A stretch of DNA of 57,597 bases from Prorocentrum cordatum (GCA_963575745.1 CAUYUJ010000014.1:62001-119597), one strand, 5' to 3'. Counted from the stretch's first letter, positions 24,393 to 35,494 are shown. Translations and numbers: made by a program. The notes: generated by a model not told the origin, from the sequence alone.

Positions 24393-25071
24393 GTGATTCA
24401 CCACCCACCAAACCACCCCAACCCAACCCGAAGGCCTCAATTTGCCCTCCATTTCCAGTGGGGGGGTCCAGGAACATTGAAGGAAAACATATGGAGCCCA
24501 TACCCCCCCCAACCCGGAATTCGGGTCTTCGGGTTGGGTTGGGGCATGACAACTCGGAGGTCCGCGCGGATTTTTCGGATCGGCGCCGGACCCCCCTCCC
24601 ATGGCGCGCGGAGCGCGCCCGGGGCGGCGCCGGAGGCGCCGCCAGGGGGCCCCAGCGCGGATATCCGAGAAGTCCGCGCGGACCTCCGAGTTTTTATGTT
24701 TACAGCCAAGTCGCTGAAGTAAGGAGCAGTTTGGGTAAGAAAGGGGCTCGACATTCATCAGGTCCTTCTGTGGCTTTTTCCCTGGCCTTCCTCGTGCACA
24801 CGGGCGCTCGTGGGGCCACAGAGGGGCCTCGCTCCCTGTTTCGCGTCCCTTCTTGCAGCAGCCCGACCGCATGCCGCTGAGTTCCTTCCCCCAGGTTTGG
24901 GGGTGGGCAGAACCCCCAACAGTGACACGTCGATTAGTGAATTGTCCGTTTTCGGTTCTCGAGAGGGCGCCGTGGCCGTTATTTTCCAGGCTTGCGGCCG
25001 CCAGGTTTGGGCCTCAGGTTGTTTTCACTAAACCACGTTTTACTAAAGGGGGGTCTGTCCATCCCCGACAG
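24393..25071 (+). other. Intron 8 (GT-AG), filled with interspersed repeats
   Basis: Direct repeat GGTGAT (24392-97 and 25071-76); in-frame join; no clear TIR. Confidence 0.8.
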
Positions 25072-25143
25072 GTGATGGTGGGCGCCGCCGCCTGCGTGCC
25101 CTTCTCGGTGCTCTGGGACGTGATCTCCCTGGGCGTCCTGCTC
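25072..25143 (+). CDS. CAT-like transporter exon 9
   Basis: VMVGAAACVPFSVLWDVISLGVLL matches the motif LxDxxSxGxL. Confidence 0.9.
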
Positions 25144-25946
25144 TCGGAGGAGGGCCCCGGTCGAGATCGCGGCGGCTCTCCCGCTCCCCGGCCTTGACGT
25201 CGGGCCAGTCCCTCTCCAGGGGGAAGCCCAAAAATGGTTTTAGAAACAGTTCGGAGGCGATTTTTCTAAGATTTATTTCTTTTCGACAATTTGTAAATAT
25301 TTTGTCCCTCCATTGTTCCGTCCACAATCCGCCCGTACGAGGACATGCACGACCTAATCCTGGCCCAACTCCGCTCCACGTCGGTCCCAGGACCCCTCCC
25401 GCGGGGACCATCCTGACTTGTTTCGGCGGCGAGCGAGGGGGGGGGAAATGAGGCGGAGAAGGCCCTCTCAGCAGGCGGCGGGGCTCCTCGGACGCCCCCT
25501 CGCGCCTTCTGGGCAGTTCCACTGTCTGTCTTCGGGGGAGGCTTAGGACAACTTCCCCAGACGGCCGGGGGGACTTCGAGGCCTTCTTCCGAGAAGGCAC
25601 GCCCCGTCTCGCCGCTTCCCCCCCCTTGGGCGCGCCGCCTAGTTTATGGCTTGCCGAGGCGGATGCGGCCGTGGCGACGAGGGGGAGGAGGAGGAGGAGG
25701 AGGAGGAGGAGGAGGAGGAGGAGGAGGAGGAGGAGAGAGGAGGAGGAGAGAGGAGGAGGAGGAGAGGAGAGGGAGGAGGGAGGGGGAGGGGGAGGGAGGA
25801 GGAGGAGGAGGAGAGGGAGGAGGAGGAGGAGGAGGAGGAGAAGGAGGAGGAGGAGGAGGAGGGAGGAGAGGGAGGCGCCGAAAAGGGCGGACGGCGCCGG
25901 GGCGGCGGGGGCGCCGGGGCCTCGGCTGGCTCTCCCTCCGATGCTC
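25144..25946. mobile_element. Intron 9: TIR element plus 5-bp TSD; exact removal is non-canonical
   Basis: TGCTC (25139-43), TCGGAGG...CCTCCGA (25144-25941), TGCTC (25942-46). Confidence 0.8.
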
Positions 25947-25983
25947 AGCTTCAACCTCACGAACACCTGCCTGATCCTGGTTC
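25947..25983 (+). CDS. CAT-like transporter exon 10
   Basis: SFNLTNTCLILVR continues GVLL and leads into the conserved L-x-L-x-R-Y. Confidence 0.85.
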
Positions 25984-26667
25984 GCTCTGCGGGCAAGAGT
26001 GAAACACACACGGTTCATTTCTGTTTCCTCGGGGGTTCTTTGATTTTTTTCGCGGCCAGGATCCTTTTATTTCTAGTTGTTCTTTCCTAGCGAGCACAGT
26101 TAGAAATGAGCACGATCGGAAATGAACGACGTGTATATCAATATCCACTGCGTCTTGGACTTTCCGGGAAGGGGCGCTAAAAGGCCGAGGCGCCGGGGAT
26201 GTGGATAAGGAGCTGGCCTCCAGGGGCCATGCGGTGGGGGCGTTGGTGAAGGAATGCGCCCAGGATGCTGCAGACCCTGGAGGATTCCTTATCTGATGAG
26301 GGCGGTGGTGATATCCATGGCCAAGCCTCGATCGGAGTTCCACCGGCCTCCAGACCCCGGATTCCTTATCCAAGGGTTCCTTATCCCATGCCCCCTCCAC
26401 ACTGCGCCTCTGGTGTTTGTTTGGGAGAGGGAACCCGAACCTCCAAGACGCAGTTAACCCAGAGATCCGATGTCGTGTTTTTTTCAATGCGGGGTCCCTC
26501 GAAGTCTCGACCCATTCCCCAGGACCGGTTTTTCATCCTGAGTCGTTCTTTGACGGTCCCGGGGCCCGGCGAGGGCCGCCAGAGGCCGAATGGTTAGAAA
26601 AACCTCCGTCTTGACTTTTCCAGTACGTTGGACCTCGGGGGAGGATGAATCTGCGCCTTGCCCGCAC
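25984..26667. mobile_element. Intron 10: TIR element with a diverged TSD; best reading GC-AC
   Basis: TIR TGCGGGCAAG (25988-97) / CTTGCCCGCA (26657-66); flanks CGCTC and CGATA; the join restores R-Y. Confidence 0.72.
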
Positions 26668-26705
26668 GATACGGCCACGCGGGCGAGACGTCCCGGCCGT
26701 CCGTG
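26668..26705 (+). CDS. CAT-like transporter exon 11
   Basis: (R)YGHAGETSRPSV, bounded by TIR elements on both sides and in frame with its neighbours. Confidence 0.75.
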
Positions 26706-26907
26706 GTGCTCGGGCCGGACGAAAGGGGGAGATTGGGAAAGGGGGGGTTACGAAATCTGCTGCATGCAGCTGGTTTCGGCCTCACCGAGGGGCCCCTTCC
26801 TCGATGCGCAGTCGCCTCCGGCGCCGGGAGGCGCCGGGAAAACCAGCTACGTGAGCTGAATCTCAACCCCCCGCCTTTGCTATCCCCCCCCTCTCGCCCG
26901 ACCCGAG
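26706..26907 (+). mobile_element. Intron 11 (GT-AG), introner-like
   Basis: GGTGC (26705-09), TCGGGCCGGACGAAAGGGGG...CCCCCTCTCGCCCGACCCGA, GGTGC (26907-11). Confidence 0.85.
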
Positions 26908-27045
26908 GTGCGCCTCGTGGCCGCGCTGTGGTGCACGGCGGCCCCGGCGGCCCTGGCCCTGTGGCGCGGCCTCGCGGGGCCGCTGCTGCGGGCGGAGCCC
27001 TGCGCCCCCTGGGCGGCCGCGCTCGGCCTCGTGCTGCTGGGGGCG
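26908..27045 (+). CDS. CAT-like transporter exon 12
   Basis: VRLVAALWCTAAPAALALWRGLAGPLLRAEPCAPWAAALGLVLLGA; hydrophobic, GC3-rich and in frame. Confidence 0.8.
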
Positions 27046-28993
27046 GCGCTCGGGGGCGGCACTCGAGCCCTCTGCCCTTCAGTCGGGCCTGTACCCCTAC
27101 AGGGGGATTCTTCGACGAAGGATAAAAAATACCCCCAAAATGCACCAAAAATGCACGAGAAATGCCAAAACATATTCAAAAAACAGTCCCCAGACTATTT
27201 TTGGACTATTTTTTTGAAGTATTTTTCATTTGTCGACAATCCTCCTGTAGGGAGACAGGCCCGACTCAACTCTACCCTGAGACCCGACGCTCCAACACAA
27301 GTTTTGTGGAGCGGCTGGATTTGGGCAGTCTGCGGCCTCGGGGGGCCCTCGCCAGGCCTCGGGAGCGTCCACAGAGCGACTCGGGAGGAAACGCCGGTCC
27401 CGGGGAAGTGGTCTGGACCTTCCCCCTGGGGCGGCGCTCGGTGGCGGAATTCGAGCCCTAGACGTAAGTCGGGCCTGTCCCTCTACGGGAGGGATATTCA
27501 AGAATTGTCCAAGAATAGTCTCGGGGCGGCGCTCGGCGGCGAAGTTCGAACCCTGTGCAGTGGGGGGCCATGCAAAAAAGCACCCTCCGTGCCTCCAGGG
27601 TGCCCTGGGGTTCTTGTGTTTCGATGGTTTTGCTTTGGAAAGCGCGACGCCCCCGCACCAAAAATCAACGGACGTCCTGGGGTCTCAGGATTGGGCTTCT
27701 TGTGGATGGTTCCTTGTGGACGGGCCTCCGCTGGACCCTCGCCGATCCACGATTTGGGCAGCTCGGTGGGCCGCGGGGGCAGTGCTCGGAATTCGTCGAA
27801 CACGTGGCGAAGTCCGAACCCTACCTGGGGATAGTACAAGCCACCCCTACCCCCAGCCAGGACCCCCTGGAGTACCAGGCCGGCAGGGGGGGTCCTGGCT
27901 GGAGGTGGGCATTGTGTTATGGGGCAAATGCCGGTCCCGCACCCAGCCAGGACCCCGCTGGATCACCAGGCCGGCAGGGGGGGTCCTGGCTGGGGGTGGG
28001 GATTGTGTTACGGGGCAAAAGCCAGCCCCGCACCCAGCCAGGACCCCCTGGATCACCAGGCCGGCAGGGGGGGTCCTGGCTGGGGGTGGGGATTGTGTTA
28101 CGGGGCAAAAGCCAGCCCCGCACCCAGCCAGGACCCCGCTGGGTCACCAGGCTGGCAGTGGGGGTCCGGGCTGGAGGTGGGGATTGCGTTGAGGGGTAAA
28201 AGCCACCCCCGCACCCAGCCAGGACCCCGCTGGACCACCAGGCCGGCAGAAGGGGTCCTGGCTGGAGGTGGGGATTGTGTTGAGGGGTAAAAGCCGGCCC
28301 CGCACCCAGCCATGACCTCCTGGATCACCAGGCCGGCAGGGGGGGTCCTGGCTGGAGGTGGGGGTTATGTTGAGACCCAGCCAGCCAGAACCCCCTGGAT
28401 CACCAGGCTGGAAGCGGGGCTCATGTCTTGAGGTGGAGGTGGGGATATTGTATTGAGGGGCAAACGCCAGCCCCGCTTTCAGCCAGGACCCCCTGGATCA
28501 CCACGCCGGCAGCGGGGGTCCTGGCTGGACAGGCTGGAGGTGGGGATTGCGTTGAGGGGCAAAAGCCAGCCCCGCACCCGGCCAGGACCCCCTGGATCAC
28601 CAGGCCGGCAGTGGGGGTCCTGGCTGGAGGTGGGGATTGCGTTGAGGGGTAAATGCCGACCCCGCAGCTAGCCAGGACCCCCTGGATCACCAGGCCGGCA
28701 GGGGGGGTCCTGGCTGGAGGTGGGGATTGCGTTGAGGGGTAAACGCCGGCCCCGCACCCAGCCAGGACCCCCTGGATCGCCAGGCCGGCAGTGGGGGTCC
28801 CCTCTGGGGGTGGGGGTGGGTTGTGCTGTCCTCCATCGATGGCTGGGTTGTCCTCGGGGTGGGGCTGGGTTGTGCTGGGGGTGGGGGTGTGGCTGGGGCT
28901 GGGGGTGGGTTGTGCTGTCCTCCTGCACCTGCCCCCCATCGATTCGGGAGAACCGATGGCCGTTTGGGACAGGGCTCGGGTGTCGCCGCTCAG
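27046..28993 (+). mobile_element. Intron 12 (GC-AG), introner-like with nested MITE and satellite
   Basis: Direct repeat GGCGCT (27045-50 and 28993-98); imperfect TIR GGCGGCACTCGAGCCCT / AGGGCTCGGGTGTCGCC. Confidence 0.78.
27840..28800. repeat. About 90-bp satellite with an internal hairpin, about 10 copies
   Basis: Each unit contains CCAGCCAGGACCCC and its reverse complement GGGGTCCTGGCTGG. Confidence 0.92.
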
Positions 28994-29055
28994 GCGCTGT
29001 GCGTCCTGGCGGCCCTCGGCGCGCGGGGCGTGGAGGCGGAGGAGGCCCCGCGCGG
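28994..29055 (+). CDS. CAT-like transporter exon 13 (3' end uncertain)
   Basis: ALCVLAALGARGVEAEEAPR continues the helix of exon 12 in frame; donor position not resolved. Confidence 0.65.
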
Positions 29056-31264
29056 GACCTCCGGGGCTCGAAGCGCAAAGCAAGAGCGGCATATCGTCGG
29101 GGGGCTGAACAAGGAACCCTTCTCGTTGGGGAGGGGCCCCGTGCTCCTCAATTGTTTCGCAGCTTGCCTTAGGTTGTCCTTAGGCCTTCGATGGGGAATC
29201 GAAGTTTAACTTATGGAGCACTTCTTGGAGGTTCGCGCGGATTCCTTGGATCGGCGCTGGGCTCCCCTTGGCGGCGCCTCCGGCGCCGCCCTGGGCGCGA
29301 TCCGCGCGCTCCGCGCGCCGATCCAAGAAACCCGCGCGGACCTCCGAGAAATTATGTGTCTGTCGGTTTTGGTTCCTCTCGGTCGGTATCGTTTAAACGA
29401 TCCCCATCCCCATCCCCATCCCCTTCGAGACCCCACCAAATTACCACCCCAGTTGGGCACACCCCTCGAAGCCCGAAGGGAGCGGCCTATATCCCCATCT
29501 AGGGCTAATCGGCCAGTGGGGCCCAGGCCGCGCCGCTGGGGATGGGGATCGGTTGAACGATACTCACTAGGGGCGGCCCAAGTCATCCCCCGAGCGTTCT
29601 CATAGCAGTGGCAGCACACGTGCGCATGCATGCACACCGATACTGAACCCCGCACGCCAGCGCCCTCCGAATTCGTCCTCGAAGGCCTTCGCGGCGAATG
29701 GCCTTGACGGCGGCCTCGCCTCGAGGTGGGCCCGGGCTCCGAGGGGTCCTCGGCCTGTGGCTGGCGGCAGAGGGCTGGTGTTAAGTCGGGCACGTCCCTC
29801 CACAGGAGGAATATTCAAAAAATAGTCAAAAATAGTCAGGCGACGATTTTTGGTTATTTTTGGATTCTTTCGGAGTGTATTTTGAGTATTGTTTTTTCTC
29901 GCCCCACATCCCCCTGTAGGGGGAGGCGCCCGACCTAAGGTCGGTGGCATGGGTGTGGCTCTCGGCCAGGCGCTTCGGGAAGCTGGCCCGGCCCGTCTCG
30001 TTTCGGAGCCCTGGCGCCGCCGCTGTTTGCCTTCAAGCTGCCCCGAGCTTGTTTTGAGCCTGTTCTTCGAGTGCCTTTTGCCTGCGCCTTTCTTGCCTCT
30101 GACTTGTGTCGAACCTGCCATTGGCTTGCTTCCCGGCTTGCTTTCGGCACGCCAGCATATTCAACTGGCTTGCGCTCGTGGTGTTCCAGCTTGATTTTGG
30201 CTTGCCGGGGGAGGAGGAGGAGGAGGTGGAGGAGGAGGAGGAGGAGGAGGAAGAGGAGGAGGAGGAGGAGGAGGAGGAGGAGGAGGAGGAGGAGGAGGAG
30301 GAGGAGCTGACGTGGTGAACTCAGATCCGCCGAGCTGGTACCTCCTGGCGTAGGCTGGCACGAGCCTCTGCACGTGCCGCATAGCTCGCCGGTGCCACGC
30401 GGGCGAGCGCGATCGCGGCTGCGCGCCTGTCACGAGGCCGCCCCAGAGGGGCCTGGGGGCTGAGGTGTGCGGGCGGCCTGAAGGAGGAGGAGGAGGAGGA
30501 GGAGGAGGAGGAGGAGGAGGAGGAGGAGGAGATACCCGCCCAACGTAAAACAAACAAGAGGAGGCGGAGGAGGAGGAGGAGGAGGAGGAGGAGGAGGAGG
30601 AGGAGCATCGTTGTAATTCGAATAGGATGTCAACAACATAGTGGATGTTGCCCAACGTTTTTTGAGCCGAACCTACGAAATATTACGTATCATGTTCGTA
30701 GATCTGCGACGTATTCTTTCGATGCTTTGACGAAGGTCGTCTCGTCGTCTGTCGTCGATCTTGTACTCGAGCAACGCGCGCGCACGGCCCTCAAGGAGGA
30801 TCCTTCGCAGCCGCCTTGGGCATCACCTGCTGTGGGCTGCATTCCCATAGCGCCGCGGAGTTGTAAGGCACGCTCCAGCTCAGTGCCCTGTGTGAGCTGC
30901 GCCAGTACTGCCGTGCGTCCAGCACACCATACCTCGAAAGCGGCCAGGCCCTCCTCTCCTCCTTCTCCTCATCCTTCCTCCTCCCTCTTACTTCCTCCCT
31001 ACTTTTTAGCCTCCTCTCTCTTCTCTCCTCTCCTCTCTCCTCTTTCTCCTCCTTCTCCTTTTCCTCCTCCTCCTCGTCCCATTCCTCCTCATCCTCCTCT
31101 CCCTCCCCTTCTCCTCCTCCTCCTCCTTCTCCTCCTCATCCTCCTTCTCCTTCTCCTTCTTCTTGTCCTTTTCCTTCTCCTTCTCCTTCTCCTCCCCCTC
31201 CTCCTCCTCCTCTTTATCCTTCTTCTTTTCCCTGCTCCCCCTCCCTTCTCCCTCCTGCTCCTCC

Positions 31265-33070
31265 CACAGGGTCAAAGGCCTAGTACCGGACACCCAGGTG
31301 TGCCCGGCCTGCAGTCTCCCCTTTGGCTCACGCGCCAGTCTCATGCAGCACCTTTGTTTCGACTCTTTCATATGTGCTCTCTACCTCCTCTGCCATTCCC
31401 AACGCCTTCCCCAGGAGCAAATCGCCGCGCTTGCTATGCAACGCTGCGAAAATGCCAAACTACAAGTGAAGTCAGGCGTAGGTCGCTGGCGTGTTGCATT
31501 ACCGGCACATCGTGCCAAGCGTGCTACCACCCAGCACTTTCGTGACTTTGCCAAACACCTGTCGCAAGCGGACGCTCGCGCCATAATGGCGGTTACCGAC
31601 TACGCGCTGGACTCTGCAGCCGTCTCTTTACTTTTTCCCGCCGATGTTCCTCCGCCACAACCTCCTCCTCTTCCTGCGCTGCCTGAATGGCCATTTCAAC
31701 CGAAGGATTATTCTGGTCTAGCGACCAGCGAAATTCCAGCCCGTATCAGGCGCAAGGAAATATTCATTCTCAATCTTTTTTCTGGCCGCAGGCGCGAAGG
31801 GGATATCCAGCATCACCTGGAATCATTCACGCCTGACCCCTCGATAGAGGTACATATACTGTCGGTCGATATTGCTATCGATCCCGACTCAGGCGATCTC
31901 ACCAAGTCGGAGACCATCAAGCTCTGGCAACAACATATTTATGCCGGTAGAGTGGTTGTTTCAGGTGGGGGCCCACCTTGCGAAACCTTTTGCGCGGCCC
32001 GCTGGAAGCCCAACGGACCACCGCCGCTGCGCACTACCGAGCACTACTGGGGCATCCCCAACGCTACGCCCAAGCAATCCCGCCAATTACAGATAGCCAA
32101 CTTGCTACTCGCTTCATTGGTCCTCCTCTTTGCCGCTCATTTGGAAATGGGCACCTCGGCATGGATGGAACATCCATGCCCTGCCCACTGGGAACCCAGG
32201 GCGCAGCCTAGCTGGATATGGAGGCCTTTAATGGCCCTGGCTGCTGCACCGGCGGTCCGCACCACGGACATTGACCAGTGCATGTTTCAGCCGTCTTGCC
32301 GCCCTCCTAACGAATTCGGCAAAGCCCCCACGCGCTTGCTATCGCTCCGCCTTCCCTCGCTCCCAGCGCTCCTAACTAACCGTCCCCAAGGGACCAAGTG
32401 CACGCACCCACGGGGGTCACATCGTACACTTCTAGGTAAGGACGAGAATGACCGCTTTTTCACTGCAGACAAAAAGACCTATCCTTCTGCCCTTTGCGAA
32501 TGTCTCGCCCAGGCTATATACCAGGACGTCATTTTACCATTTGTTGACGACCCACAGGATCCTCCTCCCCAGACGGACCCCTCGGTTCTGGCTCCCCTTC
32601 TCCGCTTCTCCGCATCCATGACCAGCGACTTTTGGCTAGGCCCCGACTTCGTTGATTCCTCCGCCCCTCGCACCCGTGCTAAAGTGGATGGGGAGCTGGA
32701 CCGCTTCCGCAGACTTTTGGCTCTCACCAGGCCCCGCGAGCCGCGGCGCCATAGCGACCTCCCCTCAGAGGCTCACGAGCAGCTTGATCCCGCCGATCAG
32801 GACTCGGAAGCGGAACAAGAGGCCATGCACTTTTTGGGCACAGCCCCCATTTTTCCCTCCACCCTCCCTCCGCCGCCACCCCCGCCCTCCCTAACTCTGG
32901 ATCAGAAAAGGCGCATCCAGTGCAATAGGGAACGGGCCAGACAAATCAGGGCCGAGCGTTCCCGCCAAGCGGCACGCCCCGTCCCGCTCACGGGCATTTC
33001 CCTCTCTCACATGTGGCACCCTGCTTCGCCCGCCCCGCAGGACTTCAACGCCGACATCTTCGACACTTAG
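31265..33070 (+). CDS. C-terminal part of a retroelement polyprotein: zinc finger plus C5 cytosine methyltransferase domain (5'-truncated)
   Basis: CPAC-x12-H finger at about 31301. Motifs in order: LNLFSG (I), SVDI (II), GDLT (III), GGPPCETF (IV, catalytic PC, about 31967-31990), MEHP (VI-like), DQCMF..K.PT (VIII-like), TYPSALC (X-like). The first 34 aa of the tracked ORF are microsatellite. Confidence 0.88.
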   Translation, partial: HRVKGLVPDTQVCPACSLPFGSRASLMQHLCFDSFICALYLLCHSQRLPQEQIAALAMQRCENAKLQVKSGVGRWRVALPAHRAKRATTQHFRDFAKHLSQADARAIMAVTDYALDSAAVSLLFPADVPPPQPPPLPALPEWPFQPKDYSGLATSEIPARIRRKEIFILNLFSGRRREGDIQHHLESFTPDPSIEVHILSVDIAIDPDSGDLTKSETIKLWQQHIYAGRVVVSGGGPPCETFCAARWKPNGPPPLRTTEHYWGIPNATPKQSRQLQIANLLLASLVLLFAAHLEMGTSAWMEHPCPAHWEPRAQPSWIWRPLMALAAAPAVRTTDIDQCMFQPSCRPPNEFGKAPTRLLSLRLPSLPALLTNRPQGTKCTHPRGSHRTLLGKDENDRFFTADKKTYPSALCECLAQAIYQDVILPFVDDPQDPPPQTDPSVLAPLLRFSASMTSDFWLGPDFVDSSAPRTRAKVDGELDRFRRLLALTRPREPRRHSDLPSEAHEQLDPADQDSEAEQEAMHFLGTAPIFPSTLPPPPPPPSLTLDQKRRIQCNRERARQIRAERSRQAARPVPLTGISLSHMWHPASPAPQDFNADIFDT

Positions 33071-33080
33071 CTGGCGTCTC

Positions 33081-34178
33081 ATGTCCAGACGGCCATGGGT
33101 GCTGGTGCCGCGTGAAGCCAGGCCAAAGCATCCCCCACCGGGCCAATTTCGGTCCGCCTCAGCTCCTCCACCCCTACTTTCGCCTGCCCAATTCGCCCAG
33201 GTAGCCAAAGCGGTGCAGCGCTCTCTGTCCAGCACTCCTTCAGCCTCAGATCCCCCGCGGCCGCCTGGCGATTTCAGCGGCCCCCCCATGGGTCGAGGCA
33301 GGCGCATCTACGGGGCCACTTTTCATCCTCCGCCACCTCCGCCCGCCTTGCCTCCCTTGCCGCCCCCAGATCATCCCAGGGTGCCTGCCAAAGCAGCCAT
33401 TCCGGAAGGCTGGATAGGCCAGGCTGCTTCTCCTTTTTCTCCACCCCTTTCAGCGGGCACCTCGCCTCCGCCCCCGCGCGAGCCTCGCAAACAGTCTCGT
33501 AAAGCTGCGCCACACAGGAGCCAGCCGAGCAGGGCTTCTAGTCCCCCAGCATCGCCTAGAAGGCTGGATCAGGTGGACGACGCCTCATATTCCTCTGCCT
33601 CCTCACCATTTCCTCCGCATGACTCTCCAGAGCCGGCGGAACAGTCCGCTGCGCCCCGCGCCTCTGCAACTCGCAAGCGCAAGCAGGTCTCATTTGCGGA
33701 CGAGTTCACGGCCAAATCCCCTAGGGTGGCCTATAATTCGCGCTTACGCACCGAGCCGCGCAAAAGCGCGCTCAAGCAGCCGGCGCCGCTACGCAGAGAA
33801 CCTGCGGAGGCACAAAGCAGCCCGCAGGAGTCCCTCGGCCCGCCGTCACCTCCAGCCTCTCCTCCCCCTAGGCACCATAGGGCTCGCAAGGCCAAGGCGC
33901 ACCGCGCGGCCCATGCAGCTCAGCGCTCACACTCGCCTGCCAAAGCGTCTGATGCAGCCTCGGACGAGCAGCGCAGTACAGTTCTCAAGGAGCACGAGAA
34001 TAGAATTGCCCAGCTCAAAGAGGAGCATAGGCAGGACCAGCTCCGTATCGACAGGATACACAGGGAGCGCCTCAGGCTTCAGTTGCGAGAAGGCGAAAGC
34101 CTTTCGCATTGCGGTCAGCGTCTTTCGCCCAGGAGGCCGCGTAAACCTCATGAAGGAGGTGATGCTGCCAGGCGCTAG
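33081..34178 (+). CDS. Pro/Ser-rich protein with a C-terminal coiled-coil-like segment, function unknown
   Basis: 365-aa ORF starting 10 nt after the methyltransferase stop; segment VLKEHENRIAQLKEEHRQDQLRIDRIHRERL. Confidence 0.6.
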   Translation: MSRRPWVLVPREARPKHPPPGQFRSASAPPPLLSPAQFAQVAKAVQRSLSSTPSASDPPRPPGDFSGPPMGRGRRIYGATFHPPPPPPALPPLPPPDHPRVPAKAAIPEGWIGQAASPFSPPLSAGTSPPPPREPRKQSRKAAPHRSQPSRASSPPASPRRLDQVDDASYSSASSPFPPHDSPEPAEQSAAPRASATRKRKQVSFADEFTAKSPRVAYNSRLRTEPRKSALKQPAPLRREPAEAQSSPQESLGPPSPPASPPPRHHRARKAKAHRAAHAAQRSHSPAKASDAASDEQRSTVLKEHENRIAQLKEEHRQDQLRIDRIHRERLRLQLREGESLSHCGQRLSPRRPRKPHEGGDAARR

Positions 34179-34269
34179 ACCTTTGCCAGGCAGCTAGCCC
34201 TCAGCCTAAGCCTAACCTCTCCCTCTTTCCTCTTATCAGCTCCCTTTTCTGCCTCATCCCCATCGGGCC

Positions 34270-34962
34270 ATGAGGAGCGAGCCCAGTATCCTGGGCAACG
34301 CCGACGCAGACGAGGACATGCCCGCTGCTGAGGCGTACCCGGGACGACACTTAGATCTGCGCAGCATCTCGCCACCAGCCTCTCGTTTGGCTTCCTTATG
34401 GAAGCATTTGGCTGAGCGGCTTCTTTTGGCTCACCAGCAAGTCTACCGCTTTCTCAGCGGCGGCGCGAGGCGCCACGCACTCATTCTGTCTCCCACCACG
34501 GTGTACCAGCATACTGCGGTACCCCAGTGGCAAGCCACATGGCAGCTCGAGAGCGGGCCGCCCGCGTGGCCACACGCGCGCGCTTACGTAGGCCCTGTGC
34601 TTCACCTAGATTTGCCCACGGCCGTTAATCGCACACTCGAGCGCTGGCATGGGCGCTGGCGCGAGGCCAACTCCCCTAACCTACTCCACATTTACCCTCA
34701 ATGTGCAGCGGGGGACGGCCCCTATGATGCCCGTTTCTCACCCACCATAGGGCTAGTTACTGTTTACGTGCCTGATCAGCTTTTTCTGGACCTACTCCAA
34801 TCGGGGGCCTGGGAGCAGTCCTCCCTCATCCCTCATCGTCTTTTGCAGGATGCAGCGGCTGGCAGCCCCATCCTTATAGACTTCCAGGCCATGATCATGG
34901 TTCGGCCATTCTGCCTCCCGTTGTCCTACCTCGCTCGAATCCTCCGTCTCCCCGAACCCTAA
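34270..34962 (+). CDS. Hypothetical protein, 230 aa
   Basis: ATG in GCCATG context, complex globular-like composition, preceded by a pyrimidine tract and AG. Confidence 0.6.
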   Translation: MRSEPSILGNADADEDMPAAEAYPGRHLDLRSISPPASRLASLWKHLAERLLLAHQQVYRFLSGGARRHALILSPTTVYQHTAVPQWQATWQLESGPPAWPHARAYVGPVLHLDLPTAVNRTLERWHGRWREANSPNLLHIYPQCAAGDGPYDARFSPTIGLVTVYVPDQLFLDLLQSGAWEQSSLIPHRLLQDAAAGSPILIDFQAMIMVRPFCLPLSYLARILRLPEP

Positions 34963-34973
34963 TCCCTCAGGCC

Positions 34974-35396
34974 ATGCCGACCCCAGAGGCGCAGCACCTG
35001 CCGCAGTTCGAGCACGGCGACTTCCGCTGCGCCCCCACTGAGGCAGTGCCACCACCGCCTACAGTCGTGCAGTGGCTGGTAGTGATAACGACAGGCCACA
35101 TTTCGCTTTGGTCCCCATTGCCCATCAATGTAGGGCTCCTAATGGAGCAATTCCATGGGCAGGAGACCAGGCTGCCATCCTCTGCGGAAAGGCCGCGCTT
35201 TCTTCACCTCCCTATTCTACAGGAGATTGATGCACGGCCCATCCTATTTGGCACGGGCATACCCTACCGCACCGGCCTTTCGCTGCGGGTCAACATGCGT
35301 AGCGGTAACATCCTCATCCCTATAGACTCCGCACCGGGCCAAGCATGCATCAGTCGGCCCGTCAGGAGGGTCCTCCTCACACAGATGCAAGCATAA
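34974..35396 (+). CDS. Hypothetical protein, 140 aa
   Basis: ATG in GCCATG context 11 nt after the previous stop; complex composition. Confidence 0.55.
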   Translation: MPTPEAQHLPQFEHGDFRCAPTEAVPPPPTVVQWLVVITTGHISLWSPLPINVGLLMEQFHGQETRLPSSAERPRFLHLPILQEIDARPILFGTGIPYRTGLSLRVNMRSGNILIPIDSAPGQACISRPVRRVLLTQMQA

Positions 35397-35494
35397 GCCA
35401 GCTAGGTTTCACTCATATTTGGCCGTTGGCTCATGGGCTACTTCTTTTTGTTCCCTCGGCACTCCCCCCTTCTCTCAGCGCGCCCCGCGCCGCC

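Noticed and set aside
25140..25948. Canonical GC-AG reading of intron 9
   Set aside because: Possible, but it deletes two residues from a conserved helix (GVLLSFN) and gives AG|C rather than AG|G. Kept only as an alternative to test.
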